From an uncultured Gammaproteobacteria bacterium (GTDB lineage Bacteria > Patescibacteriota > Patescibacteriia > Magasanikbacterales > UBA922): a stretch of DNA of 64,000 nt. Positions within the stretch are counted from its first letter, which is position 1. Each line of letters begins with the position of its first letter. Below, in pieces: positions 9,742 to 17,369 of this stretch. Below the pieces are notes generated by a model, which saw nothing but the letters and a program-made list of their open reading frames with translations, ran no database searches and was not told the DNA's origin. Location of the stretch: contig OZ246405.1 in assembly GCA_965231005.1 (NCBI GenBank), forward strand, positions 1,159,829 through 1,223,828, read 5' to 3'. Both the position numbers and the translations under genes were made by a program.

Positions 9742-9766
9742 AAAAAGCCTTAAAGGCTCTTTTATA
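9742..9766 (-). terminator. Hairpin plus T-run downstream of recG on the minus strand.
   Basis: Minus strand agagcctttaaggctttttt. Confidence 0.4.
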
Positions 9767-9779
9767 CAAGTTCTTAGGT

Positions 9780-11855
9780 TTATTCCAAATGAACCTCCTT
9801 TTCCCACTGTTTAACCTTATCCTTTAGAGAAGGATACTTTTTAAAATCAATATCTTTTGCAAGCTCACGCGCAGTTTTTATAAGTGCAGCATCTTGGAGT
9901 GTTGCAAAGCGAAACTGCATCATGCCACTCTGTGTTGTACCATATACCTCACCTGGACCGCGCATAGATAAATCATATTCTGCCACTTTAAATCCATCAG
10001 TATTGTCTTGAAAAAATCCAAGCCGCTCATGAACAGAAGCAGAATCACTATCTGTAAATAAAAAACAAAATGATTGATGAGAACTTCGTCCAACACGACC
10101 ACGAAATTGATGAAGCTGAGCAAGACCAAACCGTTCTGCACCTTCTATCATCATAACACTTGCATTTGGAATATTAACACCAACTTCAACGACAGAAGTT
10201 GAAACAAGGATATTTGTTTTTCCATCTGAAAAATCTTTCATTGCCTTATCTTTGTCCCCTGCTTTCATTTTTCCATGAAGAAATCCAATGTTTAAATCAG
10301 GAAAAATAGTTTTGTCTAATTTTTCATATTCTTGCATGACAGATTTTTTTTCTGCTCCAACTCCAGCATCTATCATTGGACAAATAACAAATACTTGCCG
10401 ACCCATTTTTATTTGCTCTTTTATAAAATGATATGCCTTTTGTCTATGTTTTGGTTCTACAAGCCGTGTTTTTACTGGCTTTCTTCCTTTTGGCATTTCA
10501 TTGATAATAGATAAATCTAAATCTCCGTACAATGTCAGAGCAAATGAACGAGGAATTGGTGTTGCTGTCATACTGAGGAAATGTGGGTGTGTATCTGGAT
10601 TACCAGATTTTTCACGAATAATTTTTCTTTGGTGTACACCAAATCGATGCTGTTCATCCACAATTACAATACCAAGATTATTAAATTCAATTTCGTCTGA
10701 AAGCAATGAATGTGTTCCCACAACCACATCAAGTTTTCCTTCTTTCATAAGAGAAATTATTTCTCTTTTTCTTCCTGCTTTTGTTTTTTCTTTTAACTCA
10801 GCATTGTGTACATCAACCTGCGTGCGAGAGTAAATTCCAATGCGTAGATTTTCTCCTGGTAGTTTTTTCAATGATTCAAAATGCTGTGCAACCAAAATTT
10901 CTGTTGGCGCCATAATAATGGACTGAAAACTTGAAAGAGCAGCATTGTACATAATAAGTCCAGCTACAATTGTTTTTCCAGATCCTACATCTCCTTCGAG
11001 TAATCGATTCATTGGATCTTCTCTCTGAACATCTTTAAAAATATCCCATGCAGCAACTTTCTGTGCTTTTGTTAATGTAAATGGCAAAGATTCAACAAAT
11101 GTCTTTACTTCTTTTTCTTTAAAAGGAATAGAAGGTGCATTGTGTCGCTTCAGTGCTTGACGGAGCATTTCAGCTCGAAGTTGCAATACAAACAGCTCAT
11201 CAAATTTTAATCTATTTTCTGCATGTGTTATTTCATCATTATCTTCTGGAAAATGGATTGAGCGAACTGCTTCACCATACGGCATGACATCTACCTCTTC
11301 TTGAATATCTTTTGGAAGCCAATCTTCAAGTTGGTCTGAAAGATGAATAACTTTACTCATTAAAAAACGAAGTTGCTTTTGTGTAACCCCTGCTGTGAGT
11401 GGATACATTGGAACTATTCTTCCTGTATGTGTTCCTTTTGCAGACGAAGATTTTTCTTTTTCATATGATGGACTTTTCATAACAACACCATAGGTATCAT
11501 TTGAAACTTTTCCAGAAAAAAACACTGTGTCCCCTGCTTTTAAATTTTTTGTAATAAATGGCTGTCCCCACCACACAACACGAAGTTGACCAGTATCATC
11601 TGAGACAAGTGCTTCTGTAATCATTCTTCTTTTTCTATACCCCCTCTTATTTGCAATCAATTCAATGACTGCCTTTACCGTTACTTGCTGTCCATCTTGT
11701 AAATCTTGAATTGCAACTGTTTGAGAAAAATCTTCATACCGAAATGGAAAGTAAAAAAGTAAATCTTTTACTTCTTCAATACCAATTCGCTTTAGTTTTG
11801 ATAAAAGTGCTGAGCCAACTGTAGGAAGAGCACTTACTGATGTATCTAAATCCAT
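9780..11855 (-). CDS. recG: ATP-dependent DNA helicase RecG.
   Basis: N-terminal wedge region LLFYFPFRYEDF. Walker A GDVGSGKT. DEQH box VIVDEQHRFGV. Length 691 aa. Confidence 0.93.
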   Translation of the reverse strand: MDLDTSVSALPTVGSALLSKLKRIGIEEVKDLLFYFPFRYEDFSQTVAIQDLQDGQQVTVKAVIELIANKRGYRKRRMITEALVSDDTGQLRVVWWGQPFITKNLKAGDTVFFSGKVSNDTYGVVMKSPSYEKEKSSSAKGTHTGRIVPMYPLTAGVTQKQLRFLMSKVIHLSDQLEDWLPKDIQEEVDVMPYGEAVRSIHFPEDNDEITHAENRLKFDELFVLQLRAEMLRQALKRHNAPSIPFKEKEVKTFVESLPFTLTKAQKVAAWDIFKDVQREDPMNRLLEGDVGSGKTIVAGLIMYNAALSSFQSIIMAPTEILVAQHFESLKKLPGENLRIGIYSRTQVDVHNAELKEKTKAGRKREIISLMKEGKLDVVVGTHSLLSDEIEFNNLGIVIVDEQHRFGVHQRKIIREKSGNPDTHPHFLSMTATPIPRSFALTLYGDLDLSIINEMPKGRKPVKTRLVEPKHRQKAYHFIKEQIKMGRQVFVICPMIDAGVGAEKKSVMQEYEKLDKTIFPDLNIGFLHGKMKAGDKDKAMKDFSDGKTNILVSTSVVEVGVNIPNASVMMIEGAERFGLAQLHQFRGRVGRSSHQSFCFLFTDSDSASVHERLGFFQDNTDGFKVAEYDLSMRGPGEVYGTTQSGMMQFRFATLQDAALIKTARELAKDIDFKKYPSLKDKVKQWEKEVHLE

Positions 11856-11954
11856 ATACGAGTTATTGTACGGGATTTTGGAGAGAAAAACAAAATGTAT
11901 ACCTCAAACCTTTTTTAATTTTCAAATAACAAAACCTTATTCTACATAAGAATC

Positions 11955-11983
11955 TTGACAAAACTCAACTTTTGTGCTATACT
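11955..11983 (+). promoter_or_regulatory. Near-consensus sigma70-type promoter, TTGACA-17-TATACT.
   Basis: cTTGACAaaactcaacttttgtgcTATACT. About 70 nt upstream of the small ORF at 12059. Confidence 0.6.
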
Positions 11984-12058
11984 CTCCTGTCCCTGTCTCT
12001 ATATGTTGTAGTTGGATAAGGTCTTCTCCCTCTCGAGCCCTGCGACAACCATCGCAAC

Positions 12059-12250
12059 ATGGAGACCGACATGGACACCAATGGGAAGACCAATGAGTTC
12101 GAGAATTGGATGAAATGCGTCAAATCGAGACGTGATGATACACAGTGGGCGGCAGTTCTGGAAAAACTTTTCACTCAGCATGCTGACGTGGAAGACCATG
12201 AACTGCCTGATACTGACGTATCTGAACATGGCATCGCTTCAGACCATTGA
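12059..12250 (+). CDS. Hypothetical 63-aa acidic protein. GC is about 47%, above background. No obvious SD.
   Basis: ORF METDMDTNGKTNEFENWMKCVKSRRDDTQWAAVLEKLFTQHADVEDHELPDTDVSEHGIASDH. Downstream of the consensus promoter and followed by a long hairpin and terminator. Confidence 0.35.
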   Translation: METDMDTNGKTNEFENWMKCVKSRRDDTQWAAVLEKLFTQHADVEDHELPDTDVSEHGIASDH

Positions 12251-12271
12251 TTCCAAAAGGAACACCCCGTC

Positions 12272-12302
12272 GTCCTACCCAGTACATGCAGCTGGGTAGG
12301 AC
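12272..12302. other. Perfect 11-bp inverted repeat (extendable to about 15 bp with a bulge) with a 9-nt loop, immediately after the small ORF.
   Basis: gtcctacccag tacatgcag ctgggtaggac. Confidence 0.8.
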
Positions 12303-12316
12303 ACGGTAGATATTAA

Positions 12317-12342
12317 ACCTCGTTTCGAGGTATTTTTTTTTT
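12317..12342 (+). terminator. Strong rho-independent terminator.
   Basis: acctcg ttt cgaggt followed by a(t)10. Confidence 0.8.
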
Positions 12343-12370
12343 GATTAAATTTTTTACTTCATATACTCAA

Positions 12371-12398
12371 AAACAGAGCTAATACTCTGTTTTCTCGC
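12371..12398 (-). terminator. Hairpin plus T-run, usable on the minus strand as the 3' end of the GC-rich unit (also hairpin-forming on plus).
   Basis: aacagagctaatactctgtttt. An adjacent second hairpin gcgccacgagatggcgc. Confidence 0.5.
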
Positions 12399-12585
12399 TG
12401 CGCCACGAGATGGCGCCGTTTTGATCCTCAATCATTTCTACAAAAGTAAAAAGGATATTGGGAAGGATAGTGGATAAAGGAGTCAGCCAAACGAATGAGG
12501 CGGCACGCGGTGCGAGAAAACTCTCGTCCATACGTACCGCCACCAGAGCTGGACGACGAATCTATGCAACGACATGTAGACAACT

Positions 12586-12813
12586 CTAGGACGTCGATCC
12601 GATGGTGGTGCTGTGCGACCGAGATGGAGATCCGTGAACGGGCTGCTTGGGAGAGCCGAAATGATATCCAGCACCCGGACAGGGCACTGGACGTCCTTGT
12701 GCGGTTGGCAGGCCGCCTGACTCCTGCTCGAGTTGCTGCAAGTCGGCGTAGACCTCGCGCACCAAACGCTGAGTATCAACAGTGTCGCCGACGCAGGGCT
12801 GGGTCGTATCCAT
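12586..12813 (-). CDS. Possible 75-aa ORF with a good SD inside a GC-rich (about 58%) block. The N-terminal roughly 33 aa look protein-like and the rest is low complexity. It could instead be part of a structured RNA.
   Basis: Minus strand aaaaaGGAGtgagcaATGGATACGACC.... Protein MDTTQPCVGDTVDTQRLVREVYADLQQLEQESGG.... All six frames in 12480-12840 carry overlapping ORFs, typical of GC-rich DNA. Confidence 0.3.
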   Translation of the reverse strand: MDTTQPCVGDTVDTQRLVREVYADLQQLEQESGGLPTAQGRPVPCPGAGYHFGSPKQPVHGSPSRSHSTTIGSTS

Positions 12814-12874
12814 TGCTCACTCCTTTTTGCACTCCTTGACGATGGTCGGGCACTCTAGGCCCGGCTGTATAGTC

Positions 12875-12903
12875 ACTATACCACGACATTTTGTTTGGAA
12901 CAA
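12875..12903 (-). promoter_or_regulatory. Minus-strand promoter with extended -10 (TTGTTC-17-TGgTATAGT) driving the GC-rich unit.
   Basis: Minus strand cTTGTTCcaaacaaaatgtcgTGgTATAGTgac, about 40 nt upstream of the SD/ATG at 12813. Confidence 0.45.
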
Positions 12904-12931
12904 GACGATAAAAAATTGCTTTCCTACACTC

Positions 12932-12962
12932 AAAAAAGAGAACGCTTTGCGCTCTCTTTTTT
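12932..12962. terminator. Bidirectional rho-independent terminator. It lies just downstream of tRNA-Arg on the minus strand and has a T-run on the plus strand too.
   Basis: aaaaaagagaacgc ttt gcgctctcttttttac. Confidence 0.7.
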
Positions 12963-12969
12963 ACATTCG

Positions 12970-13041
12970 TGCCCTCGCCAGGAATCGAACCTAGACCGGC
13001 GGCTCCGCAAGCCGCTGTTCTATCCATTAAACTACGAGGGC
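12970..13041 (-). tRNA. tRNA-Arg, anticodon GCG (CCA not encoded).
   Basis: The minus strand GCCCTCGTAGTTTAATGGATAGAACAGCGGCTTGCGGAGCCGCCGGTCTAGGTTCGATTCCTGGCGAGGGCA folds by hand into a clean cloverleaf. 7-bp acceptor. Anticodon stem GCGGC/GCCGC. Loop TTGCGGA with U33 and G37. T-loop TTCGATT. Confidence 0.75.
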
Positions 13042-13157
13042 TTCATATGTTAACGGGACGAGTATAGCAGAAAAACCCAAATAAGTCAATACGATATCCA
13101 TACGTTGACTCTTGAAAAAACCTATGTTAGGGTAAATTATCAGCCATTAACACGGAG

Positions 13158-14282
13158 GTGAACGTGAAAGCGAAAAAAGCAATTACGATCATCAGTGTTA
13201 ATCTGATGATCTTTGCACTCATGAACCTTATTGCGTATCCATTTGCTCCGGAACGTTCTGTGTTTTGGGACAATCCGCTGATGCATATGTATCCAGTTGG
13301 TTCATTCGACACAAGCACAACTAGGCAGAAGTACAACTACAACAAGGATCCTGGAAGAAGCGTCCGCTACGTCCCTGATAAAAACCGATGGTTCAGACTT
13401 GAGCCGCAAGTCTCAATTCCTGCCAAAGGAAGGCTCGTCTTGAATCTTGGTGATTCGTCAACATGGGGATGGGGTCTGAACGACCAACGTCATGCATATC
13501 CACATCTGCTGAACAATCACTTACCACCAGGCGTTCATTCAGTGAATCTTGGTGTTCCAGGATACAGTTCCTTGCAAGGTCTCCAGTATCTAGACGAATT
13601 GTTGATGCGGTACAGTGGAAGAATTGCTGTGGTCACCATTTACTTTGGAAACAACGACGCTACAGAAAATGGTGGACCAGATAGCACACGCATGGCAGGA
13701 CAACGCACCACACTTGCGAAGACCAGACAGATTCTTCTGAAGTACCTGCCGCTTGCACGTGTTCTAGACAAAATGATTGCGCGGTTCAGACCAAGCAGTA
13801 GCAATGTCAAACCACGTGTGAGTCCAGGCGCGTATGCAAACCACATAGCCAAGATGATTTCGCGTTTGCAGCAGTCTGGCATCAAAGCAATCCTGATTGA
13901 GCCGCCTGTTCATCTTACGTGGAAACCCGGACACCTTACGCATATGTTTTCTCTTGTGCCGAAAATCACAGGAGATTTCAGTAGAAACGAAATGACATCA
14001 TCTCAAACGCTCTACCGCGCTGGGATGAAGGAACTATACGCGCAAGACGATACCTGTGAACAAACGCTGATGGATGCAGTCGAACATGACTGGGTTGTGC
14101 CGCGGATCAAAGCAGCGTGGAAAGACGAGCTAGTGCGAGTGAGTTCTGAAACAGAAACACCATTGGTATCAATCCAAAGACCGTTCATCGAAGCAGAGTT
14201 CCCATGGTTCTTTGTTGATTACTGCCATCCAAGTGCAACAACACATGCAGCCATTGCAAAACTTATTGCTACCCACATCTAG
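13158..14282 (+). CDS. SGNH/GDSL-family hydrolase (lipase/esterase-like) with an N-terminal membrane anchor. GC is about 46%, above background.
   Basis: Block I LVLNLGDSSTWGWG (GDS). Block III YFGNND. Block V DYCHP (DxxH). Hydrophobic N-terminus. Confidence 0.7.
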   Translation: MNVKAKKAITIISVNLMIFALMNLIAYPFAPERSVFWDNPLMHMYPVGSFDTSTTRQKYNYNKDPGRSVRYVPDKNRWFRLEPQVSIPAKGRLVLNLGDSSTWGWGLNDQRHAYPHLLNNHLPPGVHSVNLGVPGYSSLQGLQYLDELLMRYSGRIAVVTIYFGNNDATENGGPDSTRMAGQRTTLAKTRQILLKYLPLARVLDKMIARFRPSSSNVKPRVSPGAYANHIAKMISRLQQSGIKAILIEPPVHLTWKPGHLTHMFSLVPKITGDFSRNEMTSSQTLYRAGMKELYAQDDTCEQTLMDAVEHDWVVPRIKAAWKDELVRVSSETETPLVSIQRPFIEAEFPWFFVDYCHPSATTHAAIAKLIATHI

Positions 14283-14439
14283 GAGGAAACCGACACACGT
14301 GGTCGGTTTTCTAATTTAAAAAAATATCTTCCAAAAATGAAAGATATTTTTACATCACTATATTCGAGATTCAAATACAATGGTGTTGGAGATGGTCAGT
14401 CTCCCAGATTTGTGATTCTGTTTTTTATGACCACGTTCT

Positions 14440-15135
14440 TCAATCTCCTTTGACATTTCCGACCAACGTACGAACGTTAACTTCATGCCACCCCATGAAC
14501 ACTCGAGAAGCTCCTGCCCCAACCAGTTCTTGAATAACGTCAGGACGTTTGTACACTGGCAATGCCATGACACGAGAACCTGCTGCCACAGCTGCTCGTA
14601 CTCCTGTTGTTGAATCCTCGAATACAAGCTGCTCAGAAGAAGGGATCCCCATACGAGAAGCCGTTTCGAGAAACACGTCTGGTGCTGGCTTGGGATGTTC
14701 AACGTCTTCACGAAGAACAATCATGTCATCGCCAAAGACTTCTCCAAGTCCTGATTCACGCAAAAGTACTTGTGCGTACTTACGCTTGGTCAGCGAACCA
14801 ATGGCAATGGGAAGCCCCATTTGCAAGATCAAATCAATGCATGCCATGACCCCAGGTCGCGGTACAATGTCCATTTCAGCAAGAATCCGCTCGTAGTGCG
14901 TTTCCTTTGCACTGACAAGTTCAGCAACACTCTTTCTTTTGTCGCTCAATTCCCAAATTCCTCGAGCAATGGCAAGGCTTCCACCGCCAATAAACCCTGG
15001 AATCTGACGAAGAGCTGAATCAAAGTCAAGATCTACACCAACTTCTCTAGCAACGAGAATAGATGCGTCATGATGCGCTCGTTCAACATTGACACAGGTG
15101 CCTTCCAGGTCAAACGCCACTCCTTTGATGTTCAT
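14440..15135 (-). CDS. HAD-superfamily hydrolase (beta-phosphoglucomutase-like subfamily). GC is about 50%. SD GGGGGA.
   Basis: Motif I FDLEGT (DxD) at the N-terminus. Length about 231 aa from MNIKGVAFDLEGT. The longer ORF to 15186 is probably over-extended. Confidence 0.7.
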   Translation of the reverse strand: MNIKGVAFDLEGTCVNVERAHHDASILVAREVGVDLDFDSALRQIPGFIGGGSLAIARGIWELSDKRKSVAELVSAKETHYERILAEMDIVPRPGVMACIDLILQMGLPIAIGSLTKRKYAQVLLRESGLGEVFGDDMIVLREDVEHPKPAPDVFLETASRMGIPSSEQLVFEDSTTGVRAAVAAGSRVMALPVYKRPDVIQELVGAGASRVFMGWHEVNVRTLVGNVKGD

Positions 15136-15184
15136 GGTTCCCCCTTGTTTTTTCTGTCCTGGATAGACAGTACATAAACGTATC

Positions 15185-15216
15185 ACAAAAAAAAGAAAAC
15201 GTCAATGTAGACGTTT
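15185..15216 (-). terminator. Rho-independent terminator for the 15284..15787 gene (minus).
   Basis: Hairpin aaacgtc aatgta gacgttt. T9 on the minus strand. Confidence 0.7.
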
Positions 15217-15283
15217 CAAAACTGAAAGTACGGCGTTGAACAACGGAGGCTGCAACGAAGAAATGCGCCGAAGAAATAACTTA

Positions 15284-15787
15284 TTAATGGATTCTCCAAC
15301 GACGCGCAAAAGTATCTGCTACCGGTTCTGCTTCCTTTGCCAAATCTTCATCTAAGTGTTTTCTTAGTGTTGCACGAATTTCAATTGGATTGTTATCCAT
15401 AAGAGGAATGCGTAGCAACGGTCGGACAGAACTGGTTGTTTCAATAAATAACATCTTTACTTGTGGTGGCTCATAAATAATATAAAACCCATCTAACTCA
15501 CCATATGGATAAAATCTATTTCCTACAATTATTCCTAGCGCAGTAATAGCAAATGATACATCGAGTGGATCTTGCTTGCTTTGGACATATAAAATAATCC
15601 CTGCCAAAATAATTACAAGGGAAAATAAAAAGTTTCCACTTACCATTCCCTGAAGCACAAGAAGTGCAGCAATAACTCCCCAGGTTATATACCAGGACTG
15701 TGATCTTTCATGTTTTTCATACTCTTTGACAATCCACCGATGAATCACGTCACCAATGAGTGTATCTTGAGTGATGACTTTTGGCAT
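15284..15787 (-). CDS. Hypothetical membrane protein with 2 TM helices and a C-terminal soluble domain; possibly a bacterial PH-domain membrane protein.
   Basis: A 167-aa ORF with hydrophobic segments WGVIAALLVLQGMVSGNFLFSLVIILAGIILY. Background GC. Confidence 0.45.
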   Translation of the reverse strand: MPKVITQDTLIGDVIHRWIVKEYEKHERSQSWYITWGVIAALLVLQGMVSGNFLFSLVIILAGIILYVQSKQDPLDVSFAITALGIIVGNRFYPYGELDGFYIIYEPPQVKMLFIETTSSVRPLLRIPLMDNNPIEIRATLRKHLDEDLAKEAEPVADTFARRWRIH

Positions 15788-15898
15788 AAATATTAGTTAT
15801 CAGTTAATAGCTATTAGTTAATAAGCAGTATAGCATAATAGATATTTGCGAGCCAGAAAAATGAGAAAATGCGCCTTTTTAGACTGGAACGGTGAATA

Positions 15899-15927
15899 TT
15901 GCAAAATCCCTCAATATAGCCTATACT
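15899..15927 (+). promoter_or_regulatory. Sigma70-like promoter TTGCAA-17-TATACT. The -10 ends 7 nt before the ATG of the LCP gene, implying a leaderless mRNA.
   Basis: TTGCAAaatccctcaatatagccTATACTatcgctgATG. Confidence 0.5.
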
Positions 15928-15934
15928 ATCGCTG

Positions 15935-17368
15935 ATGAGAACAGAAAAACACCACAATTTCCTTGAACAGGAACGATATGATGACCCACGGCCTCCACGC
16001 CCCAAAAAGGGAGGCTTTTTTCTATTTTTCCTTATATTTATAATTCTATTTGGTGGATGCATAAAATTAACCATTGGAGGAAAGTCTGCACCGAACGATC
16101 CTACAGCATATGATCCTGTAACTCTTGAACCAAAACCACCAGAAGGTCTTATAAAACGAATCGGACATTTTGTATTTAGCAAAGATGTTTCACTCGATGG
16201 ACAGCGAAAAGATAGAATCAATATTCTCCTTCTTGGTATGGGTGGAGTTGGACATGATGGTCCATTTCTTACAGATACAATTATTATTGCAAGCATTGAA
16301 CCTTCAACAGGAAATATTGCAATGATCTCTATTCCAAGAGATCTTGGTGTAAAAATTCCTGGACAAGGCTGGAGAAAAATTAATTTTGCAAATGCTCATG
16401 GCGAATCTAAAAAGAAAAATTGGGGTGCAGCATTTGCAACAGAAGTTATCGAAGATACGTTTGATATAAAAATTAATTATTATGCGCGCATCGACTTTAC
16501 TGCATTTGAAAAAATCATTAATGAAGTTGGGGGTATTACTGTAAATGTAGAACGATCATTTACTGATCACACGTATCCAGCACCGAATCATGACTATCAA
16601 ACGGTGTCATTTACAAAAGGTCAGACAAAGATGAACGGTGATGCAGCACTTAAATATGCACGTTCTCGGCATGGAAACAATGGTGAAGGATCTGACTTTG
16701 CACGTGCACGTCGCCAACAAAAAATGCTGTTATCATTAAAAGAAAAGATATTATCATTTTCAACACTGTCTAACCCAGTTCGCATTCACAATATTATTAA
16801 AACATTGGATTCTCATATCACAACAAATATGGAATTCTCAGATATTATTGCATTTGTAAAACTTGCAAAAACACTAAATACAAGCAACATAAAAACTGTT
16901 GTTTTGGATAGTAGTGTAAATGGATTTTTGCAAAATGGATACAGTCCAAATGGCGCATTTATACTGGAACCAAAAACAGGATCTTTCAAAGAAATTAATA
17001 AAATGATAAAAAATGTTTTTGAATACGAAGTTACAGCAGTGGCACAGGAAATTCCAAAGCAAGAGGCACCAAAACTTGCCCCAGCAAATATTGAAATCCA
17101 AAATGGAACATGGCGCGCTGGCATGGCAGCACGAATGAGAAAACGATTGCAAGACAAAGGCTTTACTGTAACTACAATTGGAAATACGCAAGAGCGACCA
17201 CAAATGGAAAGTGGAATTTACAATGTAGATGGTGATGAAGTCCGAGATGTTATTGTTGCACTGCAAGATGAACTTCATATCCCAGTAAAGCAGGCACTGC
17301 CATCATCTATTGCACCGACCAGCACAACTGATATACTAATTATATTAGGAGAAGAAACTCAAGAATAA
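15935..17368 (+). CDS. LytR-CpsA-Psr (LCP) family cell-envelope phosphotransferase with an N-terminal TM and a C-terminal LytR_C-like domain.
   Basis: ILLLGMGGVGHDGPFLTDTIIIASIEP...ISIPRDL. 477 aa. TM helix near the N-terminus. Confidence 0.8.
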   Translation: MRTEKHHNFLEQERYDDPRPPRPKKGGFFLFFLIFIILFGGCIKLTIGGKSAPNDPTAYDPVTLEPKPPEGLIKRIGHFVFSKDVSLDGQRKDRINILLLGMGGVGHDGPFLTDTIIIASIEPSTGNIAMISIPRDLGVKIPGQGWRKINFANAHGESKKKNWGAAFATEVIEDTFDIKINYYARIDFTAFEKIINEVGGITVNVERSFTDHTYPAPNHDYQTVSFTKGQTKMNGDAALKYARSRHGNNGEGSDFARARRQQKMLLSLKEKILSFSTLSNPVRIHNIIKTLDSHITTNMEFSDIIAFVKLAKTLNTSNIKTVVLDSSVNGFLQNGYSPNGAFILEPKTGSFKEINKMIKNVFEYEVTAVAQEIPKQEAPKLAPANIEIQNGTWRAGMAARMRKRLQDKGFTVTTIGNTQERPQMESGIYNVDGDEVRDVIVALQDELHIPVKQALPSSIAPTSTTDILIILGEETQE

Positions 17369-17369
17369 T

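Noticed and set aside
9270-9769. Plus-strand ORF 9270..9638 and minus ORFs 9279..9683 / 9308..9769 in the high-GC insert
   Set aside because: Only the minus frame starting at the ATG at 9611 has an SD and non-repetitive sequence. The others are antisense or extended frames, typical of high-GC DNA, where stop codons are rare.
12480-12960. Hypothesis that the GC-rich block is RNase P RNA, tmRNA or SRP RNA
   Set aside because: I looked by eye for the P4 motif (AGGAAAGUCCGGGC), the tmRNA tRNA-like ends and the SRP domain IV (GGAAGCAGCC) on both strands. Only weak partial resemblances (cccggct...gtca) were found, which is insufficient. I left the region as an unassigned structured or foreign element.
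12483-13027. ORFs 12495..12839 +, 12483..12779 -, 12776..13027 -, 12782..12994 + in the GC-rich block and over the tRNA
   Set aside because: They give Arg/Pro/Ser-rich translations with no SD or credible start (one begins at TTG). Two overlap the tRNA-Arg gene and its terminator. They are judged to be open-frame noise in GC-rich sequence.
15814-16296. 160-aa minus-strand ORF overlapping the LCP gene start
   Set aside because: It is antisense to a well-supported LCP-family CDS and lacks a start context. Treated as spurious.
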